A stretch of 64,000 nt of DNA from Lama glama (taxonomy: Eukaryota): assembly GCA_028534125.1 (NCBI GenBank), contig CM052817.1, positions 92,630,001-92,694,000 of the forward strand, written 5' to 3'. Under the pieces are notes generated by a model. It did no database searches, had not been told where the DNA came from, and was given only the letters and a program-made list of their open reading frames with translations. The translations under genes were made by a program, and so were the position numbers. Every line of letters begins with the position of its first letter. Positions within the stretch are counted from its first letter, which is position 1. This document shows, piece by piece, positions 13,348-25,349 of this stretch.

Positions 13348-14697
13348 AAAAAACAAAACCAAACAAAATTTTGCAATGAAATTTCCTGGAATTCACAATC
13401 CTTTTCAAAGCTTCAGAGTTGCATTTTTTTTTTAAAAACCAGTACATAAGAACACGATTGCACTTATTTACAGGATAGTCATCTGTATAACAAAAATAGC
13501 CATGTTGTACGATTGAACGTTTCCAACTATTGTCTTTAATATTTCATCACTAGCTGCATGAGACAAATGGTTTATGCTCTCCAAGCACATAGAGAATAGA
13601 ATAAAGCAAAATAAAAGTCATGTCTCCCAATAGAAGACAAATCCCTTCAAAGACAGTTGTTCGAAACTTCCGTGTATTTCAAGAGAGATATAAAGTGCTT
13701 TGGAAGGAGTGAGGTCTGTGCCTGAGGTGGGGAAGAAGGAAAGAGAGAGATTTACACAGAAAACACAACAAAACAAAACAAAAACCAGTAACTATGCTGC
13801 CTTAACTAATCATTTAACTATGCCTGTGACTTTGGATAGAAGATGATGTTTGGGTAAAACAGCTACATAATTCACTATTAATTTTTTTTAACAGTTAAGA
13901 GCTAACCAAAGTCCAAATAAAAAGTTACTCATGCAATGCCACGAGGAGTAACTTTTGTGATTTTGAGTCACGTGGCAAATAAATCAAGGAAGCTCAGTCT
14001 CATGACATGAATATGGAGAGGATGGGTAATGCTGTGAGGGACTGCCGTGCGTGGGATCTGCAGACCTCGTGGGGCAGCGAAGTAAAGTCCTACCAGTGAC
14101 GTCATTTACTTTATACCAAAAGCACGTAATTCATGTTTAAGAAGGAAAAAAAAAATAAATCCATCGGCTTTCTTGCTCGTTGGTAGATACTAGAAATTGA
14201 TTTATGATGCCATGTCTGGATTATTTCAGAACAGTGCATTCATTCTTTGTAGATTTTTTTTTCCAGAGGAAGTAATGATGTGCTATATACAAAGGGGCTA
14301 AAGTAAGCTGGGTTTTTCCTTTTCACATTATTGAACTGGTAATCGCTGGTCATGACCTGGAGTCCACAAAATTGGTGTCACTTAGATGCTGCTTGGGAGG
14401 CTCCCCGCATAATCATCCTCCCAGCTCGTGAACAATACCCATTGCCTTTCAGGAAATGAATGGAATGTAACTTCTCACAAGTACAAAATTACTTCAAGTT
14501 TTCTAAATATAAGGGACACCCCACTACAAAAGTAACCACCCCTCCCTCCCCCTCCCCCTCCCACATCTCTTTCTAATTATAAAACGGTACAACCATTTCA
14601 GATTACTAATGTGAAAGCAGGACGTAAATATATTATATGTACATGTACAAAACACGTCAGTATTTCACACCATTTACATTCATAAGAAAGAAGTCTG

Positions 14698-14703
14698 TTT
14701 ATT
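14698..14703 (-). terminator. Candidate intermediate polyadenylation signal AATAAA
   Basis: Followed on the mRNA by U/GU-rich sequence (cuucuuucuu...cguguuuugu) and a G-rich tract ~135 nt downstream. Confidence 0.45.
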
Positions 14704-15054
14704 GATCTTCCTTTGCAATTTGACAAGAAAAAAGGTCGAGATACGTTACAAAACAATTAGACCCTTGCCTTGTAATTCAGCACACACATTGCAGCCAGAG
14801 GAATCATCTTTTGCAAACAGAGCAAACACCATTTTCCCAACGTTTTGCAGAAGAAAGGGGCTGCTGACAGTGAGATCTTTCATGGGGTCCTCCTCCGACT
14901 TTTTAGGGTTTGTGACATCGCTTCCTCTTTTTGACAAATGTGGACCAAATTCTCAACTACTGAGGAAAGTGGATGATGAAAGGCAAATGACCACTCGCTG
15001 AGGAAATGGGGACCCTGGTCAAATTAGCTGGCTGAAAGAATAATGGCGATAATT

Positions 15055-15069
15055 CCAGCAGAGGGCACC
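15055..15069 (+). promoter_or_regulatory. Candidate CTCF site
   Basis: CCAGCAGAGGGCACC matches the CCASYAGRKGGCRS core. Confidence 0.5.
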
Positions 15070-15738
15070 CTGCCCCCTTGCAATAACATCCTGCTGGACA
15101 CCAGGTACCACAGACGCCAACACAAACACAGACTGAAAAGTCCCTCTGTTGGGAGTCTTTCTTCCACGACTCTACTAGCTAGTTCAACAGGCAATAGTTT
15201 GGTATTTTCTTCAAATGAGTGGGATATGCTATAATTAACTAGCTCTTATACATGAAAATTCTTTGGCTGTTTAAAAATCTTCACATTCTCAAAGAGAACA
15301 ATATTCTGAGTTTGATAAAGCGCTAGATTTGTCTGAAACTTTTGAGGGCAAAGGGGACTAAACACTAGACTTTCAAGATGGTATGGTACTAAGGCCATGA
15401 TGCTTTTTTAAAAAATTAAATTTCTGGATTTAATAAGGTCAGTCACCAGCCTGCAAGAGAAAACCCCCTAAGGATGCACAGTTTGATTTGACCAAGCAAA
15501 CCACCTTCACTTATACTGATGAGAACATTGGGAGGAAATTAAACTAGTTGCTGGAAGAAACATGTGCCCATTTGGATGGTGATCAGTCTTTGGTTTATAT
15601 AGTACACATGGTCCCCACATTTTCCGTGGTCCTCCGAGCCCTTCACTTCAGAAAGGATGACAAGAGCACAGCCATTCTACCAAGCAATGACTTTAAATAA
15701 TTCAGGGTGAGCTCCCTTCACGGATTTTCTTCCTCCCT

Positions 15739-15785
15739 CTCTTCAGACCTACAGAATCTCTTCAGACCTACAGAACCTCTTCAGA
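15739..15785. repeat. 19-bp tandem repeat, ~2.5 copies
   Basis: ctcttcagacctacagaat / ctcttcagacctacagaac / ctcttcaga. Confidence 0.9.
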
Positions 15786-18604
15786 GATGTATATTCTTGC
15801 CTTATCATTATCCTCAACAAATATTTATCAGGTGGCCAGAGAGAGAATGGCTTTGAATTAAGTGCAAACATCGACAGGTGCACAAGGATGAGAAGGTCTT
15901 GCATTGTGGAGATTCCTGAAGAATCTCCTGGTTATGAAGCACTCAAGGCAGGCAGAGTTCAGAGGGCAGTAAAGAGGTGTGAATGACCTCAGTGGGTCCT
16001 TAGTAGAATGAACAGGTTTGGAAATTAAAGGGCTAGATAATTAAGGGTCTCCATCCAGGATGTGGAATCATGTCTTGAGTTTTGGGATGATTAACTGAGT
16101 GTCATCAAAAAGGCTCAAAGTGGAACAATGTAGCTACAGCTTCATGGGTCTTTACAAATTATTATTCCTGTTACAACGGGCCTGGAGTTGTGAGATGCGG
16201 AGGAGAGCAGGGAAAGGGAAGACGTAAGCGGTGAGGAACTCCTACTTGCTTCTCAGAATTAATTTATTTTTCAGGTAATCCCAACTGCCTTTGCAACAGG
16301 AATGTTTAACTCACGAGCATTAAACTCCTTAAAACATACACATCCAAAACACAAGAACAGGCCAGCTTTGAAACTAGGGGTGAGCATCCAGGTTCATATC
16401 CTGCCATCCTCTTTTCTGACTTCCTGCGGGGAGTATCCTCATCACCTTTTAACAGCCATCATCAAATGTACTTTTCAGTCCCAGCCACATGAGTAGCATG
16501 GATGAGGGACTTCTGTGACACGGGATGCTGCACAAGTTGTTGTTGTCTCTCACTTTAAAGAAATACTTTCTTTTTGCCTCTTTTTATGTCTTAAGGAAGA
16601 CGTGGCCTCTCAGATCACTTCCAAAGAGCAAGCTCTTGCGCTAAGATGTTAAGAAGCAGGGGTGGACATCGGATCCAGTTCAGCCCACACATTTTCCCAA
16701 GAAATCCTAATCCCGGGGCCGCTGGTGAACTAAGGGGGTCACAGCCACTGGAGGTGGAAGATAATGGATTAGACAGCACTCTGCAATCCCCACCTTGCCA
16801 TTTTTGGTGTAGGGGACTTTTCTGACAAGGAAGCCTTAGGGAAAAAAAAAGAGGCAATAGCTAGAGGTGGTCTGTAATAAAATTAGTGATATGAGAAGTG
16901 AAAAGGAGGCTGACTCCGTTTCAGGGGAAGTTCATTTGCCTTTAGAGCAAACTGACTTTCCTCCTCAGAAGTGCAACTACAGACACTGCCGCACAACACA
17001 AAGAGGGACACCGACAAGAGGAACACCGGAAAACAACAGCAATCACAACCACGGTGACTCCACAGACCCAGGGCCACCGAGGGTTTTCTTTTTTTCTGTC
17101 CTGAAAGATGGGAAAAGAATGTGTGTGTGGGAGTGTGTGTGCAAAGAAAGAGACGGGCGGTCAGGGAGAGCCCGAGATAGAGAGAGACACACCCCGACGA
17201 AAAGGGGAAAGAAATCAAAATGAGAGCATGTGAAAAAATGCTGCCAGAAACGGCCTCAGCGGCTCTACCTTACCACAGAGGGCTGGGTCCTCCCTCCACA
17301 GCAGGAGTGACTCTCTATCCCAGGTTTTCAGAAAGAGTTTTGATTTAATGAGATTTCTTTGTTTTCAGTCAAGGTGTGATGCATTCAACGGACAATGAAA
17401 TGCCATTTTTTTTCTCCTCCTCTGTAAGAATTTTCATCTGAACATGATGAACACGATGGGGACTAAAAGAGTCCCATGTGAGGCTCTCTGTCATCATTTT
17501 TGGTTCTGAATGTGTGGCAGCTGCAGGGACGTCAAGCACTGACTGAAGGTACCACTGGGTACTTGGGTGACCAAATCCAGACCCATGAACATCCAGGATG
17601 TTTCCATCAGAATGAGGGAAGTGCTCAAAGCAAAACAAACAAACAAAAAAGCCTCTTTGGATAGAGATCTGCCTCCACGGTCACGATCATGACTATGTGA
17701 TGTCAGAAAAAGCAGATGCCTTTGCTCCTTTTAATTTTCCACCTTCTCCAAACTCTCCATCTCTCCCTGCCTAGATGACAGAGCTGACATTCTAGGGGTG
17801 GCAGGTCTCCAAACCTTGGAGACGAGATCAATATTTAGATGCTTTATCATGATCAGGGCTCAGTTCTTCCCAAAGGGACCAGCCACACAGGAGGTAGTGA
17901 TTCCCAGAGGTGACTGTAAATTATTGTGAGGGAATGGAAATGCTCCTTTTCTTGCCCACAGCCTGCGGGTGAGAGCGAGATGCCCTGATCCCAACTGGGA
18001 GCTGGCGTCTGAGTTGCAGGCGGTCACAATTCACCAACTAGAGGCCCGACAGTCACAAGCCCCAAAGGCTTCTCAGTAAGTCTGCACAAAGTCTTGTATT
18101 TGGAGTCGATATGTACCTTCCCACTTTTTCCTCCCAAATCTGGGCATTTTAGCTACAGGTGTGGAGCTAGGGGACACTGGGACTGGGAGACCTTCTGCCA
18201 ATCAGGAAGAAGGCCGATGGGGAGTTGAGATCAAGTTGGATGACTAGAGTCTGAATTCTCTTTGGCTCCTGAGTGCCACACATCAGCCTAACGGTTTGTC
18301 AGAGAAGGGAGGGATATAATTTTGTCTCAGTACCAAATCAATACGGCATGTGTGAGTTTTTTGAAAAAAAAAAAACAGTCAAGGAAGCAACAGTAAATGG
18401 TCATGGTCTTGTAGTTAGAAAGTTCAAGTAAAAAATTTGAAAAAGGGTGGCCGGAGTGCTTATTCATTATCAAAGAAATGGACCTCGGGGCCTCTCATTA
18501 GGCCACTGGGGTGGAGTCCAGTTGTCTCTGGAGGTAATTCGGTTTTAACCTTTTTTCCCTGTAAGAGTCAGGGAACCTTGCGAGAATCCTGGAGCAGCTC
18601 CAGC

Positions 18605-18897
18605 CCCGTGCTGTCCAGTAGGGAGCCACAAGCCACACGTAGCTACGAACTGTTGGAGAAATTGCAAGTCCAAACAGAGATGTGTGTGTGTAAGACACCT
18701 GCTGCTTTTAGATGACGCAGCACAAAAAAAGAATGTCAAGTAATTCATTACATGTGGAAACAATAATAATATTGGGTTAAATACATGTATGATTAAAATT
18801 GCTTTACCTGTTTCGGCTCGTTTTTTTGCAGCGTGGCCAGCAGAAAGTTTAAACTTGGATATGTGACTTGCACTCTATTTCTACTGGACCGGGCTGG
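18605..18897. mobile_element. hAT-Charlie MER33-like element inside the 3'UTR
   Basis: Termini gtgctgtccagtag / ctactggaccgggct. Internal sequence is shared with the copy at 55800. Confidence 0.65.
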
Positions 18898-19080
18898 TCT
18901 AGACACTATGGGGAAATACACATCAAGCCTGCACATTCTATGAGGGGGTTCCCGCACTGTCTGGGAGCTGCAGGGCCCCAGGGCAGAGTTTCTTCTTTGG
19001 GGAAGGTGCTGAAGAAGGCTGTGGGGAAAGGGCTGTTTCCTTTTTTTTTTTTTTTGGAACCCTTCCATGCCAATTAACAT

Positions 19081-19086
19081 TTTATT
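19081..19086 (-). terminator. Candidate proximal polyadenylation signal AATAAA
   Basis: Hexamer ~2.6 kb after the stop codon. A genomic A15 run lies ~25 nt downstream (19041-19055). Confidence 0.35.
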
Positions 19087-21706
19087 TTTAAACTACCAAA
19101 ACCACAGGAAAACTCTTCAGAAACAAACGTTCGGTAAATGAGAAGCTTCTAGGCTCAGGGAGTTTGCAGCAGAACCTCCTTGGGGTCAGGCCCACAGGCC
19201 TCAGATCAGCCTCCTGAGTCTCTCGTCGTCCACGCAGCATCCTAGAGACTGCTGCGGCCACAGCACATACGCAGCCAACTCCTGCTTCACCTGGTCCCCG
19301 GCAGGAGGAGCTGACACCCATCAATCCAAAAGGCATTTTCTCCCTGGGCATAGAATACCATGTGTCTTTTACTGTTGATTTCTTCTTCTAATTCCACTTG
19401 ACTTAAGTTAATACCAACTTTTGTTTTGGGCAAAGCTACTGAAGGGGGTAGGTGGTGCAGGCCTTTGCTGACCGAGAAAAAGAAGTATTTTGAGATGAAG
19501 AATTCCACCCTGAGAACTAGGATTTGAAGGTATCCAGAGATGGCAAACTCTGTGACTACGTGGGGTTTTAAGCCAAGGCAAAACCAAACGACTCCTACTT
19601 GGACTTAAAACGCCAGTCATTTAGACAGTCCTCAGCAACACAGGAGTGCCAGATCTCAAAGGCTGTTCGTTTCTGTTACATGTCAAGAAACTCTGCCTCC
19701 CCAAGGTAGAAAGTCTGCTATATGTCATCACCATCTGCACAAAAGAGATCCTCCTGGCAACATGCTCATTAGTGGTCCTAAGACCAGAAAGAGCCTTGGG
19801 CATAATCTTGTTAAACTCCCTCACTTTGCAGATGGAGAAGTCTAGCCCTCCTGACTCCAGATTCGGTGCCGTCTTCCTTCCTCCCTGCCTGTAGATCCTG
19901 GATTTCATTACAGAAAGTATTGGACTCCTAGTGAGATGTGACATTTCTGAAGATGATAATCATTTTCCTTGCCTTGCTGCCTACTTAGAAAGCATCAAAT
20001 AGGAACTCATTAAAGCTGGTGGTGAAAGAGCCACCAGTGGGCTCCCGTGATGTACACGGAAATGTTTCTGCAGGCAGCAGGGTTTTTCCAGCAGAACCAA
20101 ACTCTGTTTTTAGATGAGTATGAGTGTAGCGAGGTGGAAGGGCCTCCTCAAATACGTAAATACCTTGGCGAGAGAAGCTTTCTTTCTTAGGGAACCCACA
20201 CAGCGGCATGGCTTTTCACAGATGACAAGGTGACCCCTCTGATGGTCCAGAGAAACAAGTCACCCTGCCTTAGTCATCTCTGCATCTGGAGAGTCTAAAT
20301 GTATTACAAAATTTCCCACTGAAAAAATAGCACATCTCTGTCATAGTTACAAAAAAAGAATAACAAAATAAACAGTTTAAAAACACCTATGGGTTTTAGA
20401 ATTCTTTGATGCCCCCTTTCCTTTCCTTCTGACTTTCTCTCTCTCAATCAGGAGAAACTTGACTTCAACAATTCCTGTGCTGAACTTTTTAGATCAAATC
20501 GTTTATCAAATCACACCTCCCCCTAACTTGGTATCCAGACGCACTCGGGGGGGCCCCGGGAAACAACCTCCTAAGGATTTACCCAAATCCCTCAAGGTCT
20601 GGTGAGGTTTACCAGAAGTGTGCTGGAACGAAGGGAAGACCTGAGTGCTGCTGCAGCCCCCGCTGTGCTGGATCCAAAGATGACTGGATCTTTTCTAAAA
20701 CGTCCATCTCCTGCAGAACCCACTAGTGGAGGTAACAAAAGAAGACTGTAGTAGCCTTGGGGAAACCAGTGTAACCAGTACTTTGCTTTCAGGAAGAGCG
20801 TGTGGTATCTGGTTTTAAAACTAGGTTTGCAGTCCCAGCAACCGACAAGCCCTACAGTCACAAAGAATGGTGCTAATGCCATGGAGGGGCCTTGTGAGTT
20901 CAGAATTTCAGCCAAAGACTGTAAGGCTCAGATGAATTGAAATGCCCCCTAGAACTGCCTTCTCATGTCACGTGGGTCCCTAACTGAACCTGGCAAGTAG
21001 AAGCCAGCAAGGAGCTGAAAAAAAAAACGAGGAGTGGCCTCAGCAGATTCAGAGCTTGGTGTTGGGGGTCTCTGGCAGCTGGGATTTTCAAGATCCATGT
21101 GAAGGAATTTAGATTCTAAATGAAAGCTGGCCTTAGACTGTTTCAGGGCGCCGAGGCACTTCCCAAAGCCATGCACACTTCATGCTGAGAGGTCAAGGCC
21201 GTTAATCTCAGAGATGGAACACAAATGGGGCTGGTGCTTCCAAACAGAACTCTGTACAAAAGCTGGAGTGAATCAAAGGGAGAACAAAGGAGTGGACATA
21301 AAGTAAACTACACACAGACCTTAAAAAGAAACTACCAAGAAATCAACAACATTCCCCAAATAGGAAAACAAGACCCGGAAAAAAAAAAACTGAAATGAAA
21401 CTAAGAAGCCCTAAAAGTGTCCCTTCAGTCTTTTTTAGGAACTTACAAAGTGTGTGTCTCCCAGGACATGGGAGAGAAAATCAGCTTTCAGCTTCCAAGG
21501 TGCCAAGGCCATGGGCTGTTGAGGAGATGGAGAAACTGCATCCTGATGAACGTGACTTTGGATATTGCTTTTCGGTACCTTTCTTGAGTGGAGCGCCCTG
21601 GAGTTGCCAAAGTGCTCTGGAGGTGCGTGTGCCTCGTCCAACTTTGGGGCGCTTCTCCCTTCCTTCCCCTGGGGTCCCACCATCCCTTTCTTCCAGGTCT
21701 GCCATT

Positions 21707-21825
21707 TCAAGATTTCACCTCCTCGCAGTCTTGGTCAGTGGAAAGTTCTACATCAGAAAGTCCAACCTCCATCGCCATAATCAGTGAGATGTCAGAATCA
21801 CTGCTTACCGCTGCCTCCTGCTCAC
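21707..21825 (-). CDS. RNF150: RNF150 terminal exon, coding part (119 bp; S-EQEAAVSSDSDISLIMAMEVGLSDVELSTDQDCEEVKS*)
   Basis: The acceptor is ctttgcttttccccccag|GTGAG. Phase matches the upstream exon (A+GT = Ser), with TGA at 21709-21707. The peptide is recognised as the RNF150 C-terminus. Confidence 0.95.
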
Positions 21826-21944
21826 CTGGGGGGAAAAGCAAAGTTCACAGTGAACACGGAGCTGTGTCTTCAGAGGCTGATGATTTCAATACAATTGCCT
21901 TTAATAACATTTCACTGAAGCCCAAGAGAAGGAGTTAGGAAAAC

Positions 21945-22930
21945 TGGCTAATTTGAAAAAAAAATCTAGTTAGAGCCTTTTCTCTCTATACCCCCAAATA
22001 AATTCTAAATAAAAAGCTAAATGTAAACAAAATAAACTAATGAAGCTAGAAGAAAATGAATCGTACAAGTATATACCTAAGTAGGAAACAATAGCTCTAA
22101 TATCTCTAAGTAGGGCAGGAATTTCTGTTTGGAAAAACAATTGATCAAGTCACAGAAGAGAAGACTGATAAATGTGTGTGAAAATTTAAAAACATAAAAA
22201 ACATGAAAAATAAGCTCAAAGGCATATATCACACCAGGAATATCTGTAAAACAAATTCACAGAGGATTATATTCTTAACATATAGAAGCTTTTAAATAAA
22301 CGAGAAAAACTGAATCCAACTCTAAGTTAGAAAAATGGGTAAAGGTTACTGTTATACCTTTCACAGAAGAGTGTAACATAAATGACCAATAAATATCAGG
22401 TAAAAACGAGCAACTCCTTTTTGTTTATGAAATTTTCACTCTTTAAAAAAGAGTGTATTACAGTTCAGGGTATACTGAGGTAAGTACTGTGATCAACTGT
22501 ACTCAGAACTGTGAAATTTTCACCCAGTAATTTCATTTCCAGAATGTTTTGTAGAGAAATAATAAGAAATTCAAGAATATTCATTTAAGGAATAAAGAAC
22601 AGCAGCAAAACACTGCAAATAACAAAGTCCAACAATAAAAAAAAAATCTCGTAAACTAGGTCACTTCTAAAAGACAGTCTCCTGATTATCATCATTAAAG
22701 TGATGGTTCCAAAGAGTTTGTAGTTACAGATAAAATGTTCACGGTATGCTGTTAAAGGAAAATAGAAGTATTCACAGCTTTATGTACAGTGAAGTCGACA
22801 GAGAAAGTTAGCCAGAAGCAGAAAAGCCAAAAATACTAATAAGAATTGTCTCAAGTTTGGGGATTTATAATCACTTTCTCTTCTTTAAAAAAAAAATTCA
22901 GTTTTACTCCTAAATATTCTTCAATGAACT
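21945..22930 (+). mobile_element. Old L1 (L1ME-like) fragment
   Basis: A-rich, degenerate ORF2/3' sequence. Confidence 0.5.
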
Positions 22931-22968
22931 TATATCATTCATTCACTCAAGACATAAATTTCTTGCAT

Positions 22969-23332
22969 TCTTTTTAATTAAAATCTAGTTAGTTTACAAT
23001 GTCGTGTCAATTTCTGGTGTACAGCATAATGTTTCAGTCATGCACATACATATGTATATTCCTTTTCAATTTTCCGTATAGGTTGTGACAAGATATTGAA
23101 TATAGTTCCCTGTACTATACAGTATAAACTTATTGTTTATCTATTTTATATACAGTAGTTAGTGTCTGCAAATCTCGAACCCCCAATGTGTCCCTTCCCA
23201 CCCCTTTCCCCTCCAGTAACCATAAGTTTACTCTCTATGTCTGTCTCTGTTTTGTAAATAAGTTCATTTGCGTGTCTTTTTTTCGATTCCGCATATAAGT
23301 GATATCATATGGTATTTTTCTTTCTCTTTCTG
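22969..23332 (-). mobile_element. L1 3' end
   Basis: Contains gtttacaatgtcgtgtcaatttctggtgtacagcat...tatggtatttttctttctctttctgg. Confidence 0.85.
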
Positions 23333-25349
23333 GTCAAGGCACAACTATTGAGTCCCTGCTATGTGCTAAGGATTGTGCTAACTGTAGGGATATAGGTGAG
23401 AGTGAGAGAATTCCGGTCCCCAAGGAACTTACTGTCCAGTGGGCAGGCAGTCCACTGACTTGTCAATTACAACCCAACAGCATAAGCACTTTCCTGGAAA
23501 ATGTACCTGGTATTATAGCAGAAGGTAAGGGGCACACATAACTATTTGCTGAGGCAAAGAAGGCTTCCCAAGGGTGTGATATTTAAACAAATTCCTATAG
23601 GATAACTTAGCCAGACGAATGAGAAGGACGTATCTCTTAAGCACTAGCAATAGCATTACAGATGACTGGAGGTGATAGGCAGTCTTGTGCAGATGGACAT
23701 CAGACTGTATTTAAATATGACTGGGATGCAGAGGCAAGCTAGGGAGTATGAACAGGGGAGGTTGGGGAGCTCAGCTGCTTAAAAGGCAGCTTTAAAACCA
23801 GCAGATCTTGTATGTTCCATTACCTTACAGACGAAACACACAATTAAAAGACCAACAAAATATCTAAGGACTAAAGAATGCTGATAATTATCATACTTTT
23901 ACTCTCATAATCACTGAGATAATTTATTTCATGTTGAGATGCAGTTAAGAAAAATACATGAGTTTCATGAAGGACAGTGAACTCTTCAGATGTTTAACAG
24001 GAGACAGAGAACTAGCAAAGAACTCTAGTCTTAAGAATTAGTTTTAGAGAAATGAGGTGTTTCACAGGGATAGACCCAACCTAAAGATGATCTGATATGT
24101 TTCCTAGACCCACAAGTGTACGAAGTTCATAGTAGTGTAGACAGGTCAATGGCTAGAATAAAACATTGGAAGCAGATCTTGGAAGATAGTCATATTTAGT
24201 ACTTGAAAATGGTGGGCATTCAACAAATATTCCATAAAACTAGTCATTTAGACAAGAGCATAACTGGATCCCTGCCTCATACCTTATACATTCTAGGCTG
24301 GCTGAATACCTATATCTGTATATCTATATCTATATCTATATCTGTACTTATAGTCCATCCTTATCTTGTGTGTGTGCACTTACTTCCCATATATCCTCCT
24401 CTCCAGAGCCATCATCTGGTAACTTCTATCCCTGAGCCCTGGGGAATTTTTGATGCAAACCGGGATGGTTCTCCCCTTCCTCACGGCTGCTGTGCACTTG
24501 CTTCCTCAGCAGGGCTGTGGTTTGCTGTAGTCCAGGCTGCACTCAGCACCACCAAGAAGAAGCTTTCACTCTGGAGTCAGTGAGCAGTGGCCACTGGATT
24601 TGGACAGGACACAACACGCCCAGCCAGACATAGGGGTTTGCTCTGATTTTTAGGTCCACTAAGTCATTGACCCTTTATTCACTTTTTTTCCAGTTGCCCA
24701 AAATTTGTTACTGTCTCTTCTTACATTTTCCCCATCTATGTTCATTCATGCCTCACAAAATCCCTTTGCTATAGTTCTTGTGGGGTTTTAGGAGGGACTG
24801 GAAGTTATTTCATGTGTTCAACCCACTCTTTTTACTCAGTACTCTCCTTAAGCATCACTTTTACAATGAGAAAATTATATACTTAAAGATATATTTATGA
24901 GAACTGTGAGCCTGTCTTACTTTTTAGGAGATTGTCTTCTAGTCTCAGCTATAAGTAACTACACATGTTACTTGGTATAAGTCACTTTCTCCTCTAGGGC
25001 TGAAGTTTAATTGCCCATAAAATGAGAGTTTGGATTAAATATCTCAGAGTCTTTTTCAGCTGTTATAGTTTATTCATGTATAGGTTGATGCCAGCCTAGC
25101 ACAGTGCCTCCCTCATACAGGGTGTGTTCTCAATAAGTAATTTATTGAATTATCACTGAGAAATGAAGTTTCAAGTCTTTATTTTTTCATAACCTTTCAA
25201 ATTGTTGTTTTCTATCTAAAAATTTTTTGCTTAACCAAAAAGAAAGTCTGCTTATTGTATATTTAGTACAAATATGTACTAAATGGGAGAATTCACTACT
25301 TTGAGGTGAAATGAAAGCTAAAAAATAAGAGCTAAGGATATGGAAGTGT

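Larger units (their letters stand above)
13321..21706 (-). other. RNF150: RNF150 long 3'UTR (~8.4 kb, predicted)
   Basis: Follows the stop codon, lacks young SINE/L1 copies, has an AU-rich distal part, and ends at AATAAA followed by a GU-rich element. The exact 3' end is inferred. Confidence 0.7.
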
